Assembly (NCBI GenBank): GCA_951406725.2
Contig: OX597822.1
Location: forward strand, 30,442,001 to 30,506,000
Direction: 5' to 3'
Source of the DNA: Octopus vulgaris
Taxonomy: Eukaryota
Length of the DNA stretch: 64,000 nucleotides
A model generated the notes under the pieces. It made no database searches, was not told where the DNA came from, and saw nothing but the letters and a program-made list of their open reading frames with translations. Both the position numbers and the translations under genes were made by a program. The first letter of the stretch is position 1. Each line of letters opens with the position of its first letter. Below are positions 53,631-64,000 of this stretch, in pieces.

Positions 53631-53914
53631 TATGTATATATATATATATCACCGTGATCACCGTGACTGACCAGGCTATCAGATGTTGCTACACATCGCT
53701 AGTCACAATGCACTTCCAATTGTTTTACCCTTCAAATGACACCAACCCGCTGGCTAAGCGAGCATGCCAATATATATATATATATATACATACAATATAA
53801 AAATTATCAAGTCATATATGTAATTTGTTAATAAACCTCAACGCCATTTTTCATCGCGGATTACTGGTATCAACAACTGAATCGATCAGAATATATTAGA
53901 AAAGTGAATAAGTA

Positions 53915-54165
53915 TTGTCTCGAGTCCTAGGACTCATAGAGACGGTTATCCGATTTCCATAGCGTATAAGGGACCTCAGTTAAAATAATGCTTCCCGAAT
54001 GGGATATCAGTTTGCCACAGGGTCAGTCATTTACAACAGAGTGAATTGGAGCAACGTGAAATGAAGCGTTTTGCTCAAGAATACAACCCGCTGCCCGGTC
54101 CGGGAATTGAAACCATAATCTTACGATCCTGAGTGTAACACCCTAACCACTAGGTTACACGCCTT
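53915..54165 (-). mobile_element. SINE family C, degenerate
   Basis: Reverse complement of family C head. Confidence 0.7.
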
Positions 54166-54278
54166 TAACTGAATATATTATCGATACCTATTTACCGTGT
54201 AAGCAATGGTGAGTGGCTGTGTTGATAAACGCAATATTTCATGTAGGATCTGAGAGGAGAGAAGCAAATATTATTGAA

Positions 54279-54641
54279 CTAGCACTATGACCCGGCAACG
54301 CCGGGTCGTAGTGCTAGTGCATGCATGTACAGCTGCGTGCGTGCGCACATACACGCGAGTACTGTCCAAATCTCCGACCAATCACATACAGCTAGCTGGT
54401 ATTCAGTTGGCTTATCAAGTTTCGGGCATTTTGATTGGGTTTTGGATAGAAAATTCACAAAAAAGTCACTTCTATTGATTTTTTAATGGCTTTACGGGAT
54501 AACTGGGGAAATGTAAAGATGTGCACGACCACCCTTGAACGGTTTTGAATGACCATAGAAAGTGCGAGCCCTCTAACTGAAAAATTGTGGATTTGTATAA
54601 AGGATACACAAACAGATATTTTGCCGTTTATATATATAGAG
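54279..54641 (-). mobile_element. non-autonomous Helitron, second family, with long terminal palindrome
   Basis: Minus-strand 5' TCTCTATATATATAAACGG; 3' end ACTAGCACTATGACCCGGC-AAC-GCCGGGTCGTAGTGCTAGT. Confidence 0.78.
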
Positions 54642-54724
54642 ATTCTGTTCGAGCTTCTGCCATCTTCGTTTCTTATGTCACTTTTATCAAATCATATAAT
54701 GCATTATACACTTTTTAGTTTCAG

Positions 54725-54796
54725 AGCATAATAGTTCGTTTGCAGGAAGGCACAAACACAGAGATACAACAACTCACCAGATATCAAGTATAACAG
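54725..54796 (+). CDS. LDLR/LRP-family receptor exon g (Ser/Thr-rich stalk)
   Basis: Acceptor ttagtttcag, donor gtatta, 72 nt, phase 1-1, open frame EHNSSFAGRHKHRDTTTHQISSIT; no domain homology to confirm it. Confidence 0.6.
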
Positions 54797-56239
54797 GTAT
54801 TACTGTTTATTTAACAACTTACTATCCCTATATATGTCATGTGATAAACTAGGCCTATTTCCTTAGCGTCCATTCATCATATATGATATACATTCTCAAT
54901 GTTTATTAACGACCATAGTTAGTTGGGACTTATGAGAGGAAAGCTTTATATTGCCCAGATCGTATAAAGTAAAGGCTAACTAAAAGTTTGAAGTTAAAGA
55001 TGGACGTTTAGGAGAAACATCAACATGCTTTGAACAGGCAAATGGTTAATATTTATCTTACAGCTTGTATGACTCAACAGAATGTAGGTTTCCACGTAAG
55101 GCAACAAAGGAGCTTCTACATGGTCACAAAGTGTTCTAGAAGCAACAACCAAATCTACTTCAAATCATACCTGGATGGTTTTAAAAGAAAGGACAAGTTA
55201 GATACTGTGACTATGGATAAATGACAGAATCAATAACAAAATGATCATAGCTAGAACATCTTTGATTAAAGGGCTGTTCAATTAGGGCTGATATAGGACT
55301 AAACAGTCATAATACCAACGTGTAAGCATTCCATCAGCAGTATTGCGTCATAACACTGGGAACGAATGACAGCTAGTTCTTACTACATTAAAAAGCAGCA
55401 TTGTGGTATTAACTTCATTAGTAGTAATCCAGTTGAATTAACACATTCACTGAACTCTAGTAAATGTGTTACCACAAAGTTATTGTCAAGATCGGTCCCA
55501 ACAATCATATTATCATTCACGCAAGTCGCAAATATTGCACTTACAACTTCCACATCGGCCATTATCTGCCATATCTGTTTAACGAGTGCGTTAAAGGCAT
55601 TTTCTTCAGACTCGGCAGATTTTAAACGTATTAAAACACTGTTCATCAATACTTATTTCACTGTATTAACCTTATTATAACTCGATCAATGTCAGACATA
55701 TATACAAGATTTTTTTACAGCAAAAAAATTTCATTACTAGGGTGGAACAGTTCGAATACTAAATAACAAAATGTGAATTATGTTGGTGCTTCTCAAACAA
55801 ACAAGTTCCGAGAGAACCTGTTTATTCAGTGCTGTGGTAAACATTTCATTTTTTCTTTCCTACGAATAATTTTGTTCTAAATCACAATAGCTACAGCTTC
55901 CCACGGCTTTCGTACGAATCCAAATTTGCAAACTTCATTTAACTCGCCTACTTCGATTTTTACTGAATCTACTCTTTTCATACACAAGTTTCTCTCAGTA
56001 AATATATTTTAATACCTGATCTTTAATTGTGTAACAAATTGTTTCAGTGGATAAAGTCTCGCGATGGCCATTTGAATCTTCCTCTTCTCGTAAGTTCATT
56101 TAATTTTCACTCTAGAATTTCCTTGCATGCCCCACACGAAAACATCTTTTGTAACCATTCCAAATTTAATTTCAATTCATTAGAAATTCCTTTTAGTTCA
56201 TTAAATGAAATGTACGGGCCCGTATTAATTATACATTTG

Positions 56240-56622
56240 GTGGAAGCACTCCGTCGGTTACGACGACGAGGGTTCCGGTTGATCCGATCAACGTAACAGC
56301 CTGCTCGTGAAATTAATGTGTAAGTGGCTGAGCACTCCACAGACACGTGTACCCTTAACGTAGTTCTCGGGGATATTCAGCGTGACACAGAGAGTGACAA
56401 GGCCGGCCCTTTGAAATACAAGTACAACAGAAACAGGAAGTAAGAGTGAGAGAAAGTTGTGGTGAAAGAGTACAGCAGGGATCACCACCATCCCTGCCGG
56501 AGCATCGTGGAGCTTTAGGTGTTTTCACTCAATAAACACTCACAACGCCCGGTCTGGGAATCGAAACTTGGATCCTACGACCGCGAGTCCGCTGCCCTAA
56601 CCACTGGGCCATTGCGCCTCCA
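56240..56622 (-). mobile_element. SINE family B, tail type 1, with target-site duplication
   Basis: ATTATACATTT near 56228 and 56625. Confidence 0.88.
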
Positions 56623-56795
56623 CGATTATACATTTATCAAGCAGAAGACAAGCATGGAAAATTTCTCAATGTCCTTCACAAAATGATCCAGATTTGAATA
56701 CTGCAAAATAAGTTAATGGTTGAGTTCTAACGGCAACATATTAGCTTCTCTTAAAGGTAGTTTTTTTTTTTTACTATATAGCATTTTGAATTGGG

Positions 56796-57057
56796 TGGAG
56801 GCGCGTGGCTTAGTGGTCAGGGTGTCAGCATCATGATCGTAAGATTGTGGTTTCGATTCCTGGACCGGGCGACGCGTTGTGTTCTTGAGCAAAACACTTC
56901 ATTTCACGTTGCTCTAGTCCACTCAGCTGGCAAAAATGAGTAACGCTGCGATGGACTGGCATCCCGTCCAGCTTGGTAACACATACGCCATAGAAACCGG
57001 GAAACCCGGCCCATGCACCTGGCTAGATTTTAAAAGGGCGCATTTATTTTATTTATT
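56796..57057 (+). mobile_element. SINE family C, full length, with target-site duplication
   Basis: ATTTTGAATTGG on both flanks. Confidence 0.88.
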
Positions 57058-57496
57058 ATTTTGAATTGGATCGTGACGTGATACATATTTATAAATACAT
57101 AAATTGAATCATTGTGAGTGTAGATATTACTTCCAGGAAACAGAACATCCCCCCCTGACTCTTCCGCAATTTGAGAGATGCCCCAGTTACAAATTCACAA
57201 ATTCAGAGCCCATTTTCACTTATCAAAATGTTCTCGCAGTATAATTTTATTTATTTAGCTTTTGAAAATTTTAATGTCAAACGTAGCTACTAGAGATTAA
57301 TAGCATTTTCCTGCACGAATGTACGAATGATGTAAGGTAAAGGAAAGTAACTGACATTAAAGGAAACGTGAAGCCTTCATTGTAAGTTTTTATCTCCTCA
57401 ACAATAAAAATTGAACGGAGAAAAACTTAAAAGAAAATATTAGTAGGGTAATTTCTGATCTTAAAAGTAGTATTCTCTATTTCTTTTTAATTTCAG

Positions 57497-57565
57497 ATGA
57501 ATCAGAATCTATGAACAACAGATCTACCCAGAGAGCATTATTTCCTAGCAAACAAACAAAAAATG
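57497..57565 (+). CDS. LDLR/LRP-family receptor exon h (stalk)
   Basis: Strong acceptor ttctttttaatttcag, weaker donor gtagaa, 69 nt, phase 1-1; DESESMNNRSTQRALFPSKQTKN. Confidence 0.55.
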
Positions 57566-57700
57566 GTAGAATAATTTTTGTTTTTCTTTTGCCTTTTATA
57601 TATTCGTGCCTATACACAAGTATACTTATGCAGTATTGTATACATACATACATACATACATACATACATACATACATACATACATACATACATACATACA

Positions 57701-57731
<31 letters not shown>

Positions 57732-57738
57732 GTATATA

Positions 57739-58050
57739 TGGCGCAATGGTCCAGTGCTTAGGGCAGCGGACTCGCTGTTGTAGGATCGCGGTTTCGATTC
57801 CCAGACCGGGCTTTGTGTGTGTTTATTGAGCGAAAACACCTAAAAGCTCCACAAGGCTTCGGGAGGGGGTGGTGGCGATCCCTGCTGTACTCTTTCGCCA
57901 CAACTTTCTCTCACTCTTTCTTCTGTTGGCCTGCTCGCTTAGCCAGCGGGGTGGCGTCATTTCAAGGCTAAAACAATGCGAAGCGCATTGTGATCAGCGA
58001 TGTGTAGCAACATCTGATAGCCTGTTCGATCACGTGCTATATAACGTGGT

Positions 58051-58058
<8 letters not shown>
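57739..58058 (+). mobile_element. SINE family B, tail type 2
   Basis: Same layout as 30257-30552. Confidence 0.87.
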
Positions 58059-58098
<40 letters not shown>

Positions 58099-58363
58099 AT
58101 ATAAGTTTGGTGCAAATCTTAAGGTCTCTATTAAAAACGAAAATGCCCATGATTCAGGCAATATCTATTCGTTAACATAGTTTCTATTGTTTTCTAGAAC
58201 TTCAATCCATCTGTCAACAAGCTTATAAAAGCTTGAACCAGTAAACAATTCGGCTACACTGAGTCGAAGAAGAATAACTATAAGTTGACTAATAAACTTC
58301 AACTAATTAATTTTCAAATGTGTTATTTTATGTTGCTAATGTTATTTTTGTTGATACTTTCAG

Positions 58364-58457
58364 GTTCGTCAGTTACAGCCGGAAAAATATCTGCCTATGT
58401 TATTGTTCCTTTGATCCTGTTAGGGGCAGGTGTAGCAGCTTTCATTTTCTTGAAGCG
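58364..58457 (+). CDS. LDLR/LRP-family receptor exon i (transmembrane helix)
   Basis: Acceptor gatactttcag, donor gtgagt, phase 1-2; GSSVTAGKISAYVIVPLILLGAGVAAFIFLKR. Confidence 0.88.
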
Positions 58458-59768
58458 GTGAGTATTGCTAGATTTGTTTCACCTCATGATAAACCAATAA
58501 TAACTAAAAAATTTATATACGCTAGTATTAATTTCTACTTGTGTAATAAATTTTCATCTTAATGGTTGAGTTCTAACGGCAACACAAGCATTAAGTTTTG
58601 TAGAGGCTGGACATTATATTGGTGCCACAGAATCATGTGTTGTTACACACACAGATGGATGATGTAGCTTCGAACTCACGGCTAGGAGCAATCTACCTTA
58701 AAGTGCAGGATTTACACGTAAACTTACAAAGTAGATATGCAAAATTCAAATTTACTTATTTCCCCTTACAACAGTTGATGGAGAAAATAATGATGAATAA
58801 TCATAATCAATTTTCGGCCATTTTGGGTGTCTCATCTGAGACCCTTGACCAATCCCAGCGAAACAAGAAGGAAAACCGCTTATATACACATCAAATGAAT
58901 TTGTTTTAGAGAACTGGGGCTATTAGTTTGCATACTATACGAGTTTAACTCTAATATGCATTTAATCACTCATTCAAACATTATATTGTATTCCCCGTCC
59001 CTACAGCAGTGAACAGTACTCTTAATTTATGGCACGTACATGCAGCTATATAATTAGCTGAAACAATGAATTATATTGCATCTATTAATGGATGAAAATC
59101 AAAATACACAACACGAATTGAAACTTGACAACCAAGTGATTAAAATAGAGACATTAAAAATATATAATCCGTATATTAATTTTCAAGCATCAGTGCAACC
59201 TCTATTGTCTTAATTTCGTTTCAGTCTTTGCGAACAGTAATAAGTCTCCTTTCATACAACATAAATTCTTCTTCATCGAAGAGGGTCATCTCTTTACCGG
59301 AGACATAACTCTCTTCGCATATTTTAATTGCTTTATAAATTATTACGATTGTATTTAGAGGAATACTTGTTCCACATCTTCGGACAATTTTACTTGTATC
59401 CTTTAACCTCAATTTAGCCCACATCTCTACAAGTGGGTGTACTGAAGTAAAAGGGGTACGATTATTCCGTGTGATGCGCTTCTTGCTGTTGTTGTTGTTA
59501 CTGTGCGCAGTGGGTCTCTCTACCTATTTATTTGCTCTTCAATGTCATCACCAGTTGTTAATCACTCGGAGGAGTGTCTGAGGTATTTGTCGAAGTGAGG
59601 ACGTGGCAATAGTTTTCGATCGACTCCAGAATCGCACTTAATGCCACTTCAAGGGCAAAAGCCATTGTTTTTGTTACTGTTCTTCTCGTATGAACCTGTA
59701 TAATGTAAAATCACAAATAGCTTTCCTTGTACTAATAAAACCATTTTTTATTATCTTACTATTTACAG

Positions 59769-59925
59769 GCGTCGAGCTGAAAAGAATCCACATTACCTCC
59801 TTGCGAATGATGACAAATACACCGTGGATATTTCCTACCGGATTCTCTGCCAAGACTCTTCAAAAGATATGAATGACGGTGTTGAAAACCCTATAGAAAG
59901 CCAGAATAGTACCCATACCAGTTAG
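59769..59925 (+). CDS. LDLR/LRP-family receptor terminal exon (cytoplasmic tail with NPxY)
   Basis: Acceptor actatttacag, phase 2; RRRAEKNPHYLLANDDKYTVDISYRILCQDSSKDMNDGVENPIESQNSTHTS then TAG. Confidence 0.85.
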
Positions 59926-60019
59926 ACCAAACATGTCATCTCTTTCTTTTTTTCTTACAAAAATATAAAACAAAACCAAAAAAATCAAATATTTCATTCA
60001 CATCATCTGTTTTCATTCG

Positions 60020-60030
60020 AATAAAATAAA
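60020..60030 (+). terminator. candidate polyadenylation signals (overlapping AATAAA)
   Basis: AATAAAATAAA about 95 nt after the stop; AT-rich context weakens the call. Confidence 0.4.
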
Positions 60031-60384
60031 AAAATAAAAAAAGATTATTTCATTCTGTGCATCTTACTTTCTTTGATATGTTCTGACTGGGGTAAAATAT
60101 TTCTTATCAATAATATGATTCGTTAATTAATAAATAATGTAATTAATTAGATAATTTGAACTTGCTTCTAAACAGATGCACCAAACGATTCTTTATCGAT
60201 GCTCTTTAACTTTATTCCATATTACTCAGGATTAGGGAATCTACGAAAGATCATACATTTCAGTTATGCATAATATAAGATAGAACACTATACGCATATA
60301 TATATTGCTTGCTTCTGAAGGATTACTCTCCATTGCGCTCTTTTGCCATTCTTCATCACAGTATTCTTTAAATAATTATTAGTA

Positions 60385-60550
60385 AGGCGTAGGAGTGGCT
60401 GTGTGGTAAGTAGCTTGCTTACGAACCACATGGTTCTGGGTTCAGTCCCACTGCGTGGCATCTTCGGCAAGTGTCTTCTACTATAGCCTCGGGCCGACCA
60501 AAGCCTTGTGAGTGGATTTGGTAGACGGAAACTGAAAGAAGCCCGTCGTA

Positions 60551-60584
<34 letters not shown>

Positions 60585-61163
60585 CAAATTGAGATAGGGG
60601 TTGTAAATGCAACCCTCTATGGGATAACATATATCCAATATACTGCTAGTGAAGTACCCAACATAGTTAATACATAAATGTTAATGATTGCGATGCAATC
60701 AATTCATTTACTGTATTATATGGGCAAAGGTAAAATGATTTACCACAAATTACTAATACAAGATAAGAAAATGGAGAAATACATCAAAATCAAATATCAA
60801 TTACCAGATAATACTCAATCACATACTTTATTAAACCACCACATAAGAGACTGTAGGGTTAAATATAAAAAGCAGAACAAATCAGTGTACATAAAGGAAT
60901 GTACATAAAAAAGTGTACACTCATATGTATATATATATGTTGTATTGTGGGTACGCACCCATACCCATGTGGGTATATGTGTAGACTGTGTTATATTACA
61001 TAATCTCCGAAGAGACCTTGTGGTATTTTTGTTAATGTCTCATTTATATATATATATTGACCAACCATAAAGGGCTAATATTGGTAAAATGAGACATAAT
61101 TATCGACATGGCCGAAACAGCTGTAAGATCTAATTTATACTTATATTTATACTTACTTGTATT

Positions 61164-61214
<51 letters not shown>

Positions 61215-61415
61215 TTGTGTGTCTGTGTTTGTCCCCCCAACATCGCTTGACAACCGATGCTGGTGTGTTTATGTCCCCGTAACTTAGCGGTTCGGCAAAA
61301 GAGACCGATAGAATAAGTACTAAGCTTACAAAGAATAAGTCCTGGGGTCGATTTTCTCGACTAAAGGCGGTGCTCCAGCATGGCCACAGTCACGTGACTG
61401 AAACAAGTAAAAGAG
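60385..61415 (+). mobile_element. SINE family A interrupted in its internal microsatellite by a ~570-bp Penelope-like insert
   Basis: 5' half 60385-60550, 3' half 61185-61415, unrelated sequence between two (TA)n runs. Confidence 0.8.
61003..61129 (+). ncRNA. decayed type I hammerhead-like motif with long stem II loop
   Basis: ATCT CCGAAGA GACC...GGCC GAAA CAGCTG TA AGAT. Confidence 0.45.
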
Positions 61416-62084
61416 TATATAAAATATATATAAAGCTACAGTATTACATAAGAAGTATACGTTTGATTAAATCTATCCCAGAAAATTGTGACTCGATTGC
61501 ATTTTTCTTTTTACTGTTTTCGATTACAACCATATTGAATTACAACCGCTTCAGGTTGTACTGTGCTTGTTCTTACGTCATAGACTTAAACATTACCCTG
61601 CTTAGTACCACATCTGTACCTTGGTGTCTTTAGAGTTATACGATGAATTTGGGGAAGTTGTTACAGCGTCTTACCTTTCATAGCTTTTAGTATCGATCCA
61701 GTGAGTTATGTCTCATCTACAGTTAATGAGAAACAAAAACGAAAACCTATATTGTTAATCACGACTCGCAATAATACATTTGTACATTGATTTGATCACA
61801 TTAACAAGTAGTAAAGTTCATAAAAAAATATTACAGTGAAAAATGAAACACCTCTGGCACTTGTCATTCCTTCTATCTGTGGGCTTTAAAATTTTAGAAT
61901 GCTCGCAGGTTCCTGACAAATGTGCTTTGGGTATTTTAAAGCCTGGTGAACGCCTTCCTTCTGCGAATCTGGGCGTAGCTGATTCATTGAGAGAGGAAGT
62001 GAATAAAAAAACGTGAACAAGTAAGGGGTTAGAAGTATTTTCCACGTACAGGACTGGTATCATCTATCTTTTATTTGTTTCAGT

Positions 62085-62478
62085 TATCAAATGTGGCCTT
62101 GATGGAGCAACCACTCGAAGATTTTCGTAGAACAAATCTACCCCACGCTTATCTTTAAGTCGCATACTTAATCTGTTGATCGAAATTTAAGTAATGTGAA
62201 CGTTAACAAACCAATATCGGTTGTCAGGTAATGTATGTGTGTGGTGGACAAATATACGTACGTGAGCAAACACACACACACACACACGTACACACAAATA
62301 CGCACACATATGTAAATGTGACAGGCATCCACTCAGTTTCCTTCAACCAAATTTATTCACAAGGCATTGGTCGGTCTGGGACTATAGTAGAAGACACTTG
62401 ACCGAGGCACAGTAGGACTGAACCCCAAACAACGTGGTGGCAAAGGAAGCATCCTACTCACATAACCGTGCCTGCACC
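62085..62478 (-). mobile_element. degenerate SINE family A
   Basis: Old copy with recognisable head and tail. Confidence 0.7.
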
Positions 62479-63011
62479 AGTAATTCATTATTTATCGACT
62501 TCAAACTGACGAAAGCAAGATCTGACCCACGTGTGAGTTGATCTCAGAAAACAGAGATCCGAAACAATATTGCAAACACCTCTACAACTTTGTCAGGAAA
62601 CAATCTTACTGTCATTTCCTTGTTTATTTACGAACTTTCATATGCGTTGTAGACTACTACTTGTCTGCTTGTATTCCATCTTATACTTTATTTTTCTGAA
62701 CAGTTAAATTTCTCAAGCAATATCTATCAAATTATGCAGGATCTGCATAGCTGCGCACTCACTGTGCACTCACTGTACGCTAACATAAGAAATATATTCA
62801 GCGTTTTTCGTTCTAATATTAAGCGTGCGACTCGGATATATAGGTTTATTTTGGGAAAACCATTAAACAAGAACTTTGCATACATAATTAATTCAACAAC
62901 TACTTCAGTTTTCATTGGAAGATAATCTGAAGAAAAATAACAAATTGTGCTTACACATACATACACACACAAGCGCACGCGTAAAAGCATATCTATCTTA
63001 ATATTCACAAG

Positions 63012-63118
<107 letters not shown>

Positions 63119-63719
63119 ATACACAATCCTTTGTATCCATGTTTACGTGCATACCAGCACACAGATGTGAGAGGGGGTGCGTGTGAAAGGAAACAACGAG
63201 AATGGACGAAAGAGAGCCGATTTGTATACAGTTAGTGAAAATATAACAGGCAAACACTAAAAACAAAATATTCTGAATTACCTACACCGTCGTTGATTGT
63301 AAAGAACATAACAGTAATGTCTATTACCATGTTAACTACAAGGACAAGTAAATAGGTTGATAGGTATGTGAGTGGATGGACAGTAGAGCAGGCAGAGACG
63401 GTTGTGGTTATACAGTAGTTACATAGTTAACGGCATACATTCTTATTAGATGTAGTCAAGAGAAACAGGTTTGATCGTTCGTTCGTATAATGAGTAGTAT
63501 TATCAATTGAAATGGAGGTCCCTGAGCCATAGGGTACAATTTATGTCCCTGTCAGCTACTCCCCCAGCTACAATTTTGTCCCCATTTTCGTTTCACTTTC
63601 GTGGTTATTGCACTTGAGCACCGCATCAACATCATCCAGTCACAGTTTTACTCTCGCTCGCTTTTATATATTACTGTGTTAGAAATCCTTTATTCTTATT
63701 TCGGAATTGTAAGGGTGAT

Positions 63720-63930
63720 AGACTGGCAAAATCATTAAGGAATCGGGCAACATGTCCTATGGTATCTATTTTGCCTTTTTTACGTTCTAAGTTCAAATCC
63801 TGTCGAAATCAATTTTTTTTCTTTCATTCTTATGGTTTTGATAAAATAAAGCATCTCTCAAATAGTGGGGGTCGATATAATCGATTGCTTCGTTCCCTCA
63901 AATTTCTGGACATTGTAATATTGTAGAACT
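63720..63930 (+). mobile_element. degenerate SINE family D
   Basis: TACGTTCTAAGTTCAAATCC...GGGGTCGATATAATCGA. Confidence 0.65.
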
Positions 63931-64000
63931 TAAGGTTATGGGTTGGCAAAGATAATCTGAGATCTGGTGGCATGGATGTGGGTGGCTGGTATACATGGGT

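Noticed and set aside
55064-55095. Possible extra stalk exon (tcttacag ... gtaagg)
   Set aside because: 32 nt would break the phase 1-1 reading frame
58869-58900. GKPLIYTSNE resembling an SF3 helicase motif C
   Set aside because: No Walker A or B motif in frame and stops nearby; likely chance

Overview
Eukaryotic, AT-rich, microsatellite- and transposon-dense DNA, most likely from an octopus or related coleoid (inferred from the SINE families and repeat landscape). One host gene spans the window on the + strand: the 3' part of an LDL-receptor-family type I membrane protein. I read ten GT-AG exons with consistent phases from 4609 to the stop at 59925. They encode EGF, a six-bladed YWTD propeller, EGF, a Ser/Thr stalk, a transmembrane helix and a 52-aa tail with NPHY; most of the later exons are absent from the ORF track. 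The introns (one is about 28.7 kb) hold three decayed CR1-group LINEs, mariner, Tc1 and Tc2-type elements, non-autonomous Helitrons, four tRNA-headed SINE families with swapped modules, and Penelope-type terminal fragments carrying hammerhead-ribozyme-like motifs. The most notable patterns are: fold-back duplications centred on (TA)n tracts, hammerhead-like motifs including a family-wide atypical core, an inverted LINE pair bracketing a 930-nt in-frame exon module, and an unidentified decayed coding-like sequence in the last introns. I found no prokaryotic-type system or CRISPR array, and nothing here is shown to be a new biological system.
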